Origin: an uncultured Candidatus Saccharibacteria bacterium
GTDB taxonomy: Bacteria > Patescibacteriota > Doudnabacteria > UBA920
Reading direction: 5' to 3'
DNA length: 64,000 nucleotides
Assembly (NCBI GenBank): GCA_964474825.1
Contig: CAYYWQ010000001.1
Span: 357,609-421,608, forward strand
This document shows, piece after piece, positions 9,972-19,803 of the stretch. The first letter of the stretch is position 1; every line of letters begins with the position of its first letter. The notes under the pieces are model-generated. The model did not search any database. It was given only the letters and a program-made list of their open reading frames with translations, and was not told the DNA's origin. Both the position numbers and the translations under genes were made by a program.

Positions 9972-10265
9972 TTATGCTTTAACTATTTCCACTTCAGTGT
10001 AGTGCTGTCTTGCGCCAATTTTTCTGCGGTACTTGCTTTTGGCTTTATACTTTAAAACATGAACTTTCTTGCTTCTGGCCTGCTTTAGAACTTTGCCGGT
10101 AATTTTGGCGCCGCTTATAAAGGGCTTGCCAACAGTGCCGTCCTGGTAGAGGACTTTGTCAAAAGTAAGGGTAACTCCGGCTTCGCCTTCGAGTTTTTCT
10201 ACCTGAATTATACTGCCGGTTTTGACTAAATACTGTTTGCCGCCGGTTTCAATAATTGCTGTCAT
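9972..10265 (-). CDS. rplU: 50S ribosomal protein L21
   Basis: AIIETGGKQY, VEKL, KYKAKSKYRRKIGARQ.YT. Confidence 0.97.
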   Translation of the reverse strand: MTAIIETGGKQYLVKTGSIIQVEKLEGEAGVTLTFDKVLYQDGTVGKPFISGAKITGKVLKQARSKKVHVLKYKAKSKYRRKIGARQHYTEVEIVKA

Positions 10266-10336
10266 TGGTTTAATAAAATGATTATATATTTAAGTTGCTT
10301 AGATATTTTACCAGATATATCCGGTTTCGTCAACGG

Positions 10337-11419
10337 CTACTTTTTGACATTATCGAATAGGTCCGGAATGTGAGGATGCTGTTTTTTGTAAATAATTACT
10401 ACAGAAATAGCCAGAATTACCATAACGCAAAATAAGACAAACAGGGCAATTAGTTTGCCCATAGACTGCAAAAACACAGCTGTAAAGCCAAAAATGGCAG
10501 AGATTAGCCATAGCACCAGAACGGTTTGCCGGTGGGACAGGCCAATATCGAGCAGTCTATAATGTAGATGTGCTCGGTCACCTACAAACGGGCTTCTGTG
10601 GTAAAACATACGGCGAATAATGGCCCAGGCAACATCTAAAATTGGAATGCCCATAACCAGTAAAGCCGTGGCAATTTTGGCGCCTAAAATTATGGAAAGC
10701 ACGCCAAGCATAAAACCGACTAAAGTACTCCCCGCTTCCCCTAAGAAAACTTTGGCGGGGTGAAAATTGTAAACTAAAAACCCAAGCAATGCGCCAGCAA
10801 AAATTATGGCAATGGTCGCGGTAATTGGTTGGTTAACTTTTTCTGTTAAAGACAGCGCGAACATTGTTATGCTTCCAATAAATCCGACCCCTCCGCAAAG
10901 GCCATCCAGTCCATCTAAAAGTTTTGTGGTAAAAATCATGCCAAGCATCCAAAGCCAGGCCAAAATTAGTGATAAGGGAATAGAGAATAGAGAATAGCCA
11001 ATGTAAATAGGCGCGCCGAACGGATTACTAATTTGGGTTATGCCAACGCCAATGCCTGACCATACAACAATTGCCGCGGCAAAGGCCGGAAATAGCCATA
11101 GCCATTTCGGGGGTAAATTAAATTTGTCGTCTAAAATTCCACCAATAACTAAAACTAAAGCACCAAAAATAATTGCGAAAAAGAATTTCGTGGGGACGAC
11201 TAAAAAATCCGGATGACCAAGAACAAGATAGGTTAAAATGGCTAAAATAAAAGCGGCGTAGACCCCAAGGCCTCCTAGCAGAGGCACGGGGTTTTTGTGG
11301 ATTTTACGTGCCAGCACTGGCAAATCTAAAGTTTTGGTTTTTATGGCCAGGCTTTTTATGGCCGGAGTAATAAGTAAACTTAAAGTTGTAGCCAGGGCAA
11401 AATATAAAAAGTAGATCAT
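10337..11419 (-). CDS. WecA/TagO-like polyprenyl-phosphate HexNAc-1-phosphate transferase (MraY/GT4 family)
   Basis: RKIH..PVPLLGG, GILDD, LDGLDGL, YNFHPAKVFLG, DRAHLHYRL. Confidence 0.92.
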   Translation of the reverse strand: MIYFLYFALATTLSLLITPAIKSLAIKTKTLDLPVLARKIHKNPVPLLGGLGVYAAFILAILTYLVLGHPDFLVVPTKFFFAIIFGALVLVIGGILDDKFNLPPKWLWLFPAFAAAIVVWSGIGVGITQISNPFGAPIYIGYSLFSIPLSLILAWLWMLGMIFTTKLLDGLDGLCGGVGFIGSITMFALSLTEKVNQPITATIAIIFAGALLGFLVYNFHPAKVFLGEAGSTLVGFMLGVLSIILGAKIATALLVMGIPILDVAWAIIRRMFYHRSPFVGDRAHLHYRLLDIGLSHRQTVLVLWLISAIFGFTAVFLQSMGKLIALFVLFCVMVILAISVVIIYKKQHPHIPDLFDNVKK

Positions 11420-13086
11420 GGGTTGGGCTTAACAGTTACGGGCTGCATTTCTTTCATGGTTAGCCCTGTGTTTTCCCCTTTGCGGGCCTTGGGTGTAACC
11501 CAGAATTCCAAATATTGTCCAAACATTAGCCTGGTTTGGGCTTCTACGGCTGGCAAGCTGCCAAATACTACAGAAACAACAGGAACAAAAATCCACTGCA
11601 CGTACATCATTACCGACCGCCACACACTGTATTTTTTTGGCCTGGGAGGGAGGAGTACCAGGTTTATATAAACACTAAAAATTAAAAACACCAAGGCAAT
11701 GTTTAAAAGAAATACTGTAATTTTTGGCAAATTATAACCAACCACGCTTTGGTTAAAAGCATCGCCCCCTAAATACAGCGGCAGGCGACCCAAAACCGCA
11801 ATAAGCAAGCTGGCCGCTGCCCAGTTAAAATTACCTTCGGCGTATTGGTAAAGTTTGTACATCCTGTCCCAAAATGGTGCTTTGGAACTTAAAAGTTTGG
11901 GAACTAAGTGCGGGTAATATTCTACGTTGTAAGCCCAGCGGCGTTTTTGTTTGTACTGGTTTTTTAAAGTTTGCCAGGTGGTTGGGGCGAGGCAGGTGTC
12001 GAGCGAGATTGGAATAAACAGCGGCACGACTTGGTAATCGCCGTTGTAATGTAAATAGCATTGCCAGTAAATGTAACCATCTTCGTTAACAATGTCGGTT
12101 TTCCACATGCCTACTTCCAGCAGGGCCTTAAGCGTCATGGTGTGGGAGGAAAAAGTACGCAAGCGGTCGGGCCGGCTACTCTCGGTAAACTGCCAAAAAG
12201 AATTAGATACGGATACAACGCGAATAATGGCGGGGCTGTCCCAAATATTGTTGTTATAAATGGCAATTGGCTGGAAACTTTTTTGATAGGGTTTTTCCGC
12301 AAGTAAAAATTCGTACATCACCCGGGCAAAGTATTGCGGATGCACGATTGTGTCGCTGTCAAAATTAGAGACCAAAACTTGGTCGGTTTTAATGCCGAGT
12401 TTCCCGAGTTCGGGCAAGACAGACTTTATGGCAAAGCTGGCATTTGCACTCTTGCCTTTAATTTCACCTGGCAAACCGTCGGGATGGACAGAAATAAAAA
12501 ACTTATAAAAATTATTCTGATATTTGGCTTTTATGGAGTTTGCCACCTCCAGGGCCTGTAGCCCTATGCGTTCTTCACAACCTAAAACAATTAGAATATT
12601 TTGCTTAAGGTAGTTAGCGCTTGCTAAAGCTGAAAAAGTGGAATCAAGGATCTGAAAGTCTTCGTCCGTAAATGGGATTAAAATTAAATGGTAAAAATCG
12701 CTCAAGGGCCTTAGGGTTTTACCGTTCGCAATTAGTTTTTCCAGCCTTTTAATTTCCTGGCCGTAAAAAGTTTTTTCCAAACTGCGTTTAGCAGTGATTT
12801 TTTTATTTTGTAAAAATTGTAAAAACTTTTCCGTATCACTTAAGCGTTGGCTGTAATCCAACCAGTCAATTTTTACAAAAAACTGGAACTTGCGGTAGCT
12901 GGCAATTAAATGCGTGGCCACATTCATGGCTTTAAGCACCCAATATAAGTCGAAGCAAATTATAAACAACGCTGCCCAGACAGGCTTGTAAATAGACAAA
13001 AAAATCGCGCCAAAAAACACCAGCCAAAATTGCAGGCCGGGTAATATTTCCCAGAGTCGTTCTTTAGGGGTGCGTTTACGGTACAT
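11416..13086 (-). CDS. Membrane-integrated processive GT2 glycosyltransferase
   Basis: GK..N, DSD (DxD), ED, QKRRW (QxxRW); TM helices at both ends. Confidence 0.88.
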   Translation of the reverse strand: MYRKRTPKERLWEILPGLQFWLVFFGAIFLSIYKPVWAALFIICFDLYWVLKAMNVATHLIASYRKFQFFVKIDWLDYSQRLSDTEKFLQFLQNKKITAKRSLEKTFYGQEIKRLEKLIANGKTLRPLSDFYHLILIPFTDEDFQILDSTFSALASANYLKQNILIVLGCEERIGLQALEVANSIKAKYQNNFYKFFISVHPDGLPGEIKGKSANASFAIKSVLPELGKLGIKTDQVLVSNFDSDTIVHPQYFARVMYEFLLAEKPYQKSFQPIAIYNNNIWDSPAIIRVVSVSNSFWQFTESSRPDRLRTFSSHTMTLKALLEVGMWKTDIVNEDGYIYWQCYLHYNGDYQVVPLFIPISLDTCLAPTTWQTLKNQYKQKRRWAYNVEYYPHLVPKLLSSKAPFWDRMYKLYQYAEGNFNWAAASLLIAVLGRLPLYLGGDAFNQSVVGYNLPKITVFLLNIALVFLIFSVYINLVLLPPRPKKYSVWRSVMMYVQWIFVPVVSVVFGSLPAVEAQTRLMFGQYLEFWVTPKARKGENTGLTMKEMQPVTVKPNP

Positions 13087-13124
13087 ATGTGATTAAAGAT
13101 TTGTCTGCTAATAAGCAGGGCGCA

Positions 13125-13481
13125 TTAATTAACTCCGGCTAACAAAAAAATAGAAGACAGTAAAATTATTTGCACAACCAAACTTACAAATGCTGTTAAA
13201 AAAGAAAGTAAATTTTCACTTTCTTTTAGAAAGTAAAAGGCAGAAAAATTTACGGCTAAAATAATTAAACCCGTTAGCGGGATTAAATAAAGATTGTTGC
13301 CGCTCCCAAACCAATCCACTCCAATTAATACATTGTAATGAAGCGCTAAAGTTTCGTCCGACGGACGAATTTTGTAGCGGACGGCAAAAAATGTTATAAT
13401 ATTAAAAATAATACCCAGGAGCCAAAGAAACCAAATTTCCTTAAAATAAGCTGAAATCTTTTGCAAAAAAGAGTAATTCAT
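13125..13481 (-). CDS. Small 3-TM membrane protein (DUF1648-like)
   Basis: ALHYNVLIGVDW motif between TM helices; start moved to MNYSF to avoid overlap with the divergent gene. Confidence 0.7.
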   Translation of the reverse strand: MNYSFLQKISAYFKEIWFLWLLGIIFNIITFFAVRYKIRPSDETLALHYNVLIGVDWFGSGNNLYLIPLTGLIILAVNFSAFYFLKESENLLSFLTAFVSLVVQIILLSSIFLLAGVN

Positions 13482-13542
13482 TGCGTAAATAAGTTTATAA
13501 CTTAACCAAGTATAGCAAAAAAGAGCGTTTTTTTCTACCTTC

Positions 13543-15288
13543 ATGTCCAAAACCCAAAAGTTCCTTTTAGCAGGCATTATCGTTTTAGCAGTCTTTTTTA
13601 GATTTTATAAAATTACTGAAATGCCGGGCGGGCTGTTTCCGGACGAAGCCGCCAATGGTTTAGACATAAATTTAATGCAGCAAGGCCACTTGCAGCCGTT
13701 TTATGAACGGGGCAACGGAAGAGAGGCCTTGTTTTTCTATATGGAATGGGCTTCCACAGCTATGTTTGGCTTAGGGGCCTGGCAATTCCATATTGTGTCG
13801 TCTTTTGGCGGAGTATTGGCGGTTTTGTTTTGCTATTTGTTTACCAGACGGCTATTCTTGATGGATTATTATTTACAGAACGAGCACGAAGATCCGGAAG
13901 AAGATTTTGAGCGCCAAAAAAACCGAGCTATAAATATTTCATTACTAGCATCATTCCTCATGGCCGTTTCTTCGTGGCACGTGGTTTTGTCGCGCACTGC
14001 TTTTCGCGCTTCTTTGATTCCCTTGTTTACTGCAATGACTTTTTATTTTTTGTTATGTGTTTACCAGTCTTCAACCGCAAAAAAAAGATTTATATTTTCA
14101 TTTTTGACCGGCGCCAGTTTTGCTTTGGGTTTTTACACCTATATTGCTTATCGCATAATGGTGCCAATTTTGTTTATGGTTTTGGTATGGCCATTGTTGG
14201 CGGCCATTAAGAACAAAATTTTAATCAATACAATAAAAAAATACTTTTTTGCCGCTGTGCTGTTCTTGGTTGCCTTTTCAATTTTTATTTTTCCCATTGC
14301 CAAATATTTTTACCAGCACGAGGGCTCTTTTATTGGCCGTGCGGGCCAAGTTAGTATTTTTAACCAAACTTTATATACCATTAACGGCGTCCAGTTAACT
14401 TCCACTCCCCCTTTGGCCGCCGTAGTTTCGGTTGCCGGGGAAGTTTTTAAGACCCAATTTTTAGCAATTTTTTTCCACGGGGATTTAAACTGGAGGCATA
14501 ATATTTCAGGCGCCCCATTCTTGTCCAATTTGGTAAGTCCTTTTTTTGCCGCTGGGCTGGCCCTTATGGTGATTTTTTCCATTGTTTATTTTTTTATGCC
14601 GGCGCGTAAAGCCCCTTGGTGGAAATATTTTTTATTGGTCGGCTGGTTTTTTGGCATGCTGCTCCCGGTTATTACGACAGCCGAAGGTATTCCCCATGGC
14701 CTTCGCGGTATAGGCATAATTCCCCCGCTGTTTATTATTGCCGCCTGGGCGCTATATGAATTAGCGACTTTAATAATGAAGGCTCATAGGCGTTTGTACG
14801 AAAATTGGGCAGGTTTTGACTCCTGGCAGTACAAACTAACAACCAGGGCTTACAAGCTGCTGATGATTGTTTTTTTTGCTGCTTTGGTTTCCCAAACTTA
14901 TATTTTGTATTTTGTCAGCGCATATAACGACCCTTCTAATTTTTATTATTTCCGTTCGGACTTAACAACGGTTACTAAATATTTACGGGAGTATGGAGAC
15001 AAGCAAAGTACTTATTTGGTGTTAGACAAGTTTTCAGTTCAAGCAGCAGATTATTTAACCACTGTTGATGGTGCCCACCCGGAAAATCCAAAAAATATGC
15101 CATATGTGCAAATTGACCCGGAAAATTCCTGGGGGCTTAAACTAAAAAAAGGAGACCAAATTGTTTTTACGCAGTCCTCCATTTTTGACATTACTAAGTT
15201 TAAGCAATACCACCCCGAAGCCAGCTTAGCCCTGGAACACCGCAACAAATTCGGCCAAGCTGTAATGGCGGTGTACAAAGTGTATTAA
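13543..15288 (+). CDS. GT-C glycosyltransferase (ArnT/PMT-like)
   Basis: RF....PGGLFPDEA after TM1, WH...SR, YTY, many TM segments. Confidence 0.85.
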   Translation: MSKTQKFLLAGIIVLAVFFRFYKITEMPGGLFPDEAANGLDINLMQQGHLQPFYERGNGREALFFYMEWASTAMFGLGAWQFHIVSSFGGVLAVLFCYLFTRRLFLMDYYLQNEHEDPEEDFERQKNRAINISLLASFLMAVSSWHVVLSRTAFRASLIPLFTAMTFYFLLCVYQSSTAKKRFIFSFLTGASFALGFYTYIAYRIMVPILFMVLVWPLLAAIKNKILINTIKKYFFAAVLFLVAFSIFIFPIAKYFYQHEGSFIGRAGQVSIFNQTLYTINGVQLTSTPPLAAVVSVAGEVFKTQFLAIFFHGDLNWRHNISGAPFLSNLVSPFFAAGLALMVIFSIVYFFMPARKAPWWKYFLLVGWFFGMLLPVITTAEGIPHGLRGIGIIPPLFIIAAWALYELATLIMKAHRRLYENWAGFDSWQYKLTTRAYKLLMIVFFAALVSQTYILYFVSAYNDPSNFYYFRSDLTTVTKYLREYGDKQSTYLVLDKFSVQAADYLTTVDGAHPENPKNMPYVQIDPENSWGLKLKKGDQIVFTQSSIFDITKFKQYHPEASLALEHRNKFGQAVMAVYKVY

Positions 15289-15313
15289 AAATTTATGAAA
15301 CCAAAATATTGGG
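15289..15313 (+). repeat. 25-bp direct repeat, copy 1 (gene start)
   Basis: aaatttatgaaaccaaaatattggg, identical at 15917-15941. Confidence 0.9.
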
Positions 15314-15918
15314 CCATTTTCATTCTCGCGACAATCGCAATTGGTGCAAGCGCATTATATTACACCAAGCTACCAGCTTGGGATTTAGGTTTAATCAGCT
15401 TTCACCACAAAACCCAATCCTCCCCCACTTCAGAGACAGATTTAAAAGATTGGAAAACTTATACTAATAGCCAGTATGGGTTTAGTTTTAAGTATCCGCC
15501 TACGCTCTATACTTATGATAATAAGCCTTATGAATTATTTACCATCCAAAATACTCCAAAGCAAATAGTATTTGGAGAATTATTTAACGCTAAAGGTCAA
15601 GAGGGTGTTGATTTTGTAACTCAAGGATATCAGTTCAATTTCGTCGCAGTTAAGGAAAAAAAAGATTTCGAAGAAAGCTCTGCTGGTTCGACCTATAAAA
15701 TTAGGAAACTTAGTTTACCAAACATCCAAGCAATCCGTTATGACGACGAGGGCGGTGTATCCCGTGGACCAGTCGTGGCTATTGTTGATCAAAATTCACC
15801 ATCTGATTACATTCTCTTCAATTACCTTGCTCAAGGTGACGAAACTTCAAACTGGACCGATGACCAAGTCGAAATGATATTTTTACAAATTCTTTCCACT
15901 TTCAAATTTGCCAAGTAA
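15295..15918 (+). CDS. Membrane-anchored PsbP-like extracytoplasmic protein
   Basis: N-terminal TM, WKTYTN..YGFSFKYP, C-terminal QILSTFKF. Confidence 0.75.
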   Translation: MKPKYWAIFILATIAIGASALYYTKLPAWDLGLISFHHKTQSSPTSETDLKDWKTYTNSQYGFSFKYPPTLYTYDNKPYELFTIQNTPKQIVFGELFNAKGQEGVDFVTQGYQFNFVAVKEKKDFEESSAGSTYKIRKLSLPNIQAIRYDDEGGVSRGPVVAIVDQNSPSDYILFNYLAQGDETSNWTDDQVEMIFLQILSTFKFAK

Positions 15919-15941
15919 ATTTATGAAACCAAAATATTGGG
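15917..15941 (+). repeat. 25-bp direct repeat, copy 2 (gene start)
   Basis: Identical to 15289-15313. Confidence 0.9.
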
Positions 15942-16126
15942 TTATTACTATAGTTTTAATTGTTGCAGCCCTGGCGGTTGGGTATGGGGTGTGGAAAAAT
16001 AAGCAAAAGGAAGATGCTCCTAAGTGCGGGGGAATTGCTGGATTTATGTGTCCTGAAGGTTATACTTGTACTGAGCAGGCTAGTTACCCAGATGCAATGG
16101 GTTATTGCGTAAAAACTTCTAAATAA
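15923..16126 (+). CDS. Small membrane-anchored Cys-rich protein
   Basis: MKPKYW start, TM helix, CGGIAG..CPEGYTC.....PDAMGYC with four Cys. Confidence 0.75.
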   Translation: MKPKYWVITIVLIVAALAVGYGVWKNKQKEDAPKCGGIAGFMCPEGYTCTEQASYPDAMGYCVKTSK

Positions 16127-16147
16127 TTAATTTAAAACCAAACACTA

Positions 16148-17734
16148 ATGAAAAAATATTGGCCACTTATTTTAATATTAATTTTGGCTGCGGTCTTCCG
16201 AGTTTACCATAATTTCGACATTTCCATTTGGCATGACGAGGCTTTTTCGGCTTTGCTTATTCGCTATAGCTGGCCGGAAATGTTTAGCCGTTTGGCCATA
16301 GACGTGCATCCGCCAATGTATTATATTGCGTTGCGGCTTTGGCATTATATTTTTGGCGACACAGTGGTTGCTCTCCGCGGATTCTCTATTTTATTCGGTG
16401 TTGGGACTGTTTGGGGAGTTTGGCTGTTTGTAAAAACGGCATTTCAAAATGAAAAAGCGGCCCTGTGGGCGGCGTTATTGCTTGCCTTGAATCCATACAT
16501 AGTAGATTTTTCTACAGAAGCCAGGATGTATACTTTTGGCGCTTTTTTTGCGGTTTTGGCCGCCTACTTTTTGACCAAAGCTTTACATGAGCAAAAAAAG
16601 TTTTATGACGGCAAGAGTTTGAATATGCCCAATTTGCCAACTGATATTAAACTGCAGAAAAATTTTCTTTGGCACTATTTAGGTTTTGCGCTGTGTACAG
16701 CAATAATTATTCTTACACATTACTATTTGTTGTTCACCGCTGCCGCGCTTTGTTTGTATGCCTTAATTTTTCATATATATCATTATCGCGGCGAATTAAA
16801 ACGGTACTCGTTACTTGTTAGCTCTTACTTGTTAATAATTGCTTCTTTCCTGCCTTGGCTGAAAATCTTCATTTCACAAGTTAAATCTGTAGGCGGAGGT
16901 TACTGGATTCCTCCAATGGACATTTGGAGCATTCCTGGTACTTTGTGGACTTTTCTTTTAGGCATTCCTCATAACAACAGTAATCCTGACACCTTGAAAT
17001 GGATGGTTGTAGTGGTGCTGTTTTCTATATTTTTCTTCTACAGATTCTTGCGTAAAAGCCAGCCTTGGGAAAAGTGGCTGGTGCTGCTCGCGACTATTGC
17101 GCCGTTTTGTGGGTCAATTTTGTTTGTTATTTTGGCAAGGCTAAAAGGGAGCGAATCTACTGTTTTTCAAGAACGTTACTTTTTATTTGCAGGTGTTTTT
17201 TACATTATTGCTTTGGCAATTTGGCTTTCGGAAATAAAAATTAAATGGTTGGCCAGCAGCGTGTTTGTATTATATTGCCTGTTTAATGTTTATGCTTTTT
17301 CCCATAACTGGGAAGGTCTTAATATTTCCAACAAACCGGGCATGAAGGCGGCTGCCAAATATTTGGTTAATAACGTAGAGCCCGGCCAGCAGGTTTTTTT
17401 GGGCACAAGCTTTGAGTTTTTTAACTACAAATATTATGAGTCAACTTATTTTTCCCTGCCCAATCCCCCACTGCTCTATACCGGAGGCCGTGGCGAGGTT
17501 TCCCAAATGTCCCCGGTAGAAGGTTCGGCCATACTTTCCAATGCGGATTTAGCGCCTACTTTTGAACAGCACGGCCATTCCGGAGACACGGAATGGATAA
17601 TTTGGACTTACGCTTTTGGAAGTAATAAGCCAAGCCTCCCTAAAAATTGGATTCAAATTGATGAAAAAGAATTTCCAGACGTTCGTCCATATGTAGGAAC
17701 CAGTATTTACGTAACCCAATATAGGGTAAATTAA
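16148..17734 (+). CDS. GT-C glycosyltransferase (PMT/mannosyltransferase-like)
   Basis: SIWHDEAFS, DVHPPMYY, STEARMY, THYY, ERY; many TM segments. Confidence 0.88.
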   Translation: MKKYWPLILILILAAVFRVYHNFDISIWHDEAFSALLIRYSWPEMFSRLAIDVHPPMYYIALRLWHYIFGDTVVALRGFSILFGVGTVWGVWLFVKTAFQNEKAALWAALLLALNPYIVDFSTEARMYTFGAFFAVLAAYFLTKALHEQKKFYDGKSLNMPNLPTDIKLQKNFLWHYLGFALCTAIIILTHYYLLFTAAALCLYALIFHIYHYRGELKRYSLLVSSYLLIIASFLPWLKIFISQVKSVGGGYWIPPMDIWSIPGTLWTFLLGIPHNNSNPDTLKWMVVVVLFSIFFFYRFLRKSQPWEKWLVLLATIAPFCGSILFVILARLKGSESTVFQERYFLFAGVFYIIALAIWLSEIKIKWLASSVFVLYCLFNVYAFSHNWEGLNISNKPGMKAAAKYLVNNVEPGQQVFLGTSFEFFNYKYYESTYFSLPNPPLLYTGGRGEVSQMSPVEGSAILSNADLAPTFEQHGHSGDTEWIIWTYAFGSNKPSLPKNWIQIDEKEFPDVRPYVGTSIYVTQYRVN

Positions 17735-17760
17735 AAATAAATTTCCTGAAAGCTTTAAAC

Positions 17761-17790
17761 AAAAAAATCCCTCAAATAAGAGGGATTTTT
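17761..17790 (+). terminator. Intrinsic terminator
   Basis: aaaaaaatccctc-aaataa-gagggattttt. Confidence 0.75.
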
Positions 17791-17882
17791 AGTCGTGTCA
17801 AGAGGTAAGAGTCTTGACAGAAGTGCCAAAAATGGGGAAAATTATATGTCTTTAAAAGACATCAACTCAAGAGGAGGGTTGG

Positions 17883-18071
17883 ATGACGTTGGAACAGCAT
17901 TTCCTGCTTTTTTACTGCTTTGCTGGCAGCATTGCGGCGCTTCTGCTGGGTTTGGCGATTTGGTGTCGCCTAAGCTTCGTGCAAAAGGACTGGATTATTA
18001 GAAGTACCAGACACCACCTGGCCAAACTTTGGACCCGTCTTAAGGGTCCCGATCCATACCAGTTTACATAG
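17883..18071 (+). CDS. Small single-TM hypothetical protein
   Basis: AGGAGG SD upstream, TTGACA near 17814, hydrophobic N-terminal half, hairpin gcgcgcac...gtgcgcgc downstream. Confidence 0.5.
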   Translation: MTLEQHFLLFYCFAGSIAALLLGLAIWCRLSFVQKDWIIRSTRHHLAKLWTRLKGPDPYQFT

Positions 18072-18119
18072 CCCAAAACAGGGCTTAACAAGGCGCGCAC
18101 GATCCATAGTGCGCGCTGA

Positions 18120-18803
18120 TCATTTTATATAAGTTCCCTTAAAACTTTTATCACTAAAAATATTTACTAGGTTTTTTAAATTCTGGCCGTTTGTAATAAT
18201 CACGTTTAACTTATTTTCATAGGCAAATTTTGCGGCTGTTGGGTCAAAGGGCACGTTTTTGCCCGGATCCCATTTTGATCCAATAAGTTTTATAAATTCT
18301 TTCCAGGAAATTTCTTCAATTTTTTTCGCGTCTTTAAATTTCCGCGGGTCTTTAGTGTATACGTAATCAATGTTACTTAAATTTATTATGGTTTTGGCGC
18401 CATGCATTTTGGCTAAGCGGACGCTAAAATCGTCGCTGCTTCTTCCTGGCTTCCAGCCTCCGGCGCCAACAAGGATTTTTCCTTTAAAGTTTATTTTGTT
18501 ATTTGGATCATAGGAGATTTCAGAATGCGCAAGTTTACCAAACATAAGTTGCAAAAATTTGGCATGAAATTTGTTGGTGGAAAGCCCTATCCAGTCTAAG
18601 TCTTCGGGAGTTGGACTGATTACTTCTTTCAAGGCTGACTGATATTTACGGCAAGTCCTGCCTCCTCCGGGGCTAATAATAAAACGGTTGCCTTTTTTTG
18701 TTTGGGCAATTATTACTTCCCGGAATTTTTTTAAAAAATTCGCGTCTATTTCTTCGGGCGCAATAAGTGAGCCGCCAAGGGAAATTACAAAAAGTTTGGG
18801 CAT
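18120..18803 (-). CDS. pyrH: UMP kinase (archaeal-like subtype)
   Basis: VISLGGS, GGG..R.YQ, DWIG, PGRSSD, VYTKDP, PFDP. Confidence 0.92.
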   Translation of the reverse strand: MPKLFVISLGGSLIAPEEIDANFLKKFREVIIAQTKKGNRFIISPGGGRTCRKYQSALKEVISPTPEDLDWIGLSTNKFHAKFLQLMFGKLAHSEISYDPNNKINFKGKILVGAGGWKPGRSSDDFSVRLAKMHGAKTIINLSNIDYVYTKDPRKFKDAKKIEEISWKEFIKLIGSKWDPGKNVPFDPTAAKFAYENKLNVIITNGQNLKNLVNIFSDKSFKGTYIK

Positions 18804-18807
18804 AAAT

Positions 18808-19776
18808 TTAATAAGTTTGTAGTGTTGAAGAAGCGGTTGTTGTGGCCGTGTTGTTAATTATGGGTGTCTGAGGAGCGGCGCAGGCCGTACCTTTTAAGCA
18901 TACGTAGCCACGGTTTTTTACCCGCATGTCTATATACGCCAGGCGTTTGTTGTCCTCTGGGGCAATGCTGTTTAGCAGTAAACGCAACTTATTTAGAGTA
19001 TCGGTCAAATTGTTAGTATAGTCAAATATGATTTTTGCGCCGTCCGTAAAATTTACCGTAATGTCCATGTCCTTAAAATTTAATATGCTAAAGGATTTAA
19101 CGATTCGTCCGGAAACATCGGGCAATTTTTCGCGTAATTCCCTTATGGCGTTAAGCTGGTTTTCGTTGCCAAACTTGGAGCCGGAGCTAATTAAGTTGCT
19201 GCCTAAAATTTCAATATGAAGCAGGGTTGTTGAAGCGGTTGATGTGGAATTTTCTTGAGCGGAAATTAGTCCGTCATTGCTTACAATAAATTCCCCTTCG
19301 GGCGCTGTAAGAAAAAAAATATTTTGACGCGGCTGGACGCTGATTTCTAAAGTAGCAGGGAGTCGTGTCACTAATTTATTTACTGCCAATAAATCGGCAT
19401 CGCGCGCCAGAATAAATTTAGCCAAGGCGTTTTTGTTTAAAAGTAGTAAATTATTTTGGGCTGAAAGGCGGCCTTGTGAAAAATAAGCTTCCAAAACTGA
19501 CCTTAAAGTGTTGTCTTGGCGTAAATTTAAGCCTGTAATATTAATTTTTTTAATGAAAAACGGGTTAGGCACATAAGCAAAGTATACAAAGACAATAATA
19601 ACAACTGCGGTAATTGCTGCGGCCTTTGTCCTGAGTATAGAAAAAAGACCGCTCGCGCGTTCCTGTGTGTCAAAAGCGGGGCGTTTGTATCCCCTCGCCT
19701 GCTTAAGCTGTTGCTTAAACGCCCGCCTTTGGAAACGAATTTTTGAATCAGTTTTCCCTCTATTTTTACCGAACAT
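18808..19776 (-). CDS. FtsQ/DivIB-like cell division protein
   Basis: Basic N-terminus, one TM, POTRA-like F.IKKINITG...LP.TLEISV, C-terminal YIDMR. Confidence 0.75.
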   Translation of the reverse strand: MFGKNRGKTDSKIRFQRRAFKQQLKQARGYKRPAFDTQERASGLFSILRTKAAAITAVVIIVFVYFAYVPNPFFIKKINITGLNLRQDNTLRSVLEAYFSQGRLSAQNNLLLLNKNALAKFILARDADLLAVNKLVTRLPATLEISVQPRQNIFFLTAPEGEFIVSNDGLISAQENSTSTASTTLLHIEILGSNLISSGSKFGNENQLNAIRELREKLPDVSGRIVKSFSILNFKDMDITVNFTDGAKIIFDYTNNLTDTLNKLRLLLNSIAPEDNKRLAYIDMRVKNRGYVCLKGTACAAPQTPIINNTATTTASSTLQTY

Positions 19777-19803
19777 TTTTTATATTTTTTGTGAACTCAA
19801 AAA

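Noticed and set aside
17795-18100. ORFs 17795-18001 (+) and 17912-18100 (-)
   Set aside because: They overlap 17883-18071, which has the SD, a TM segment and a downstream hairpin
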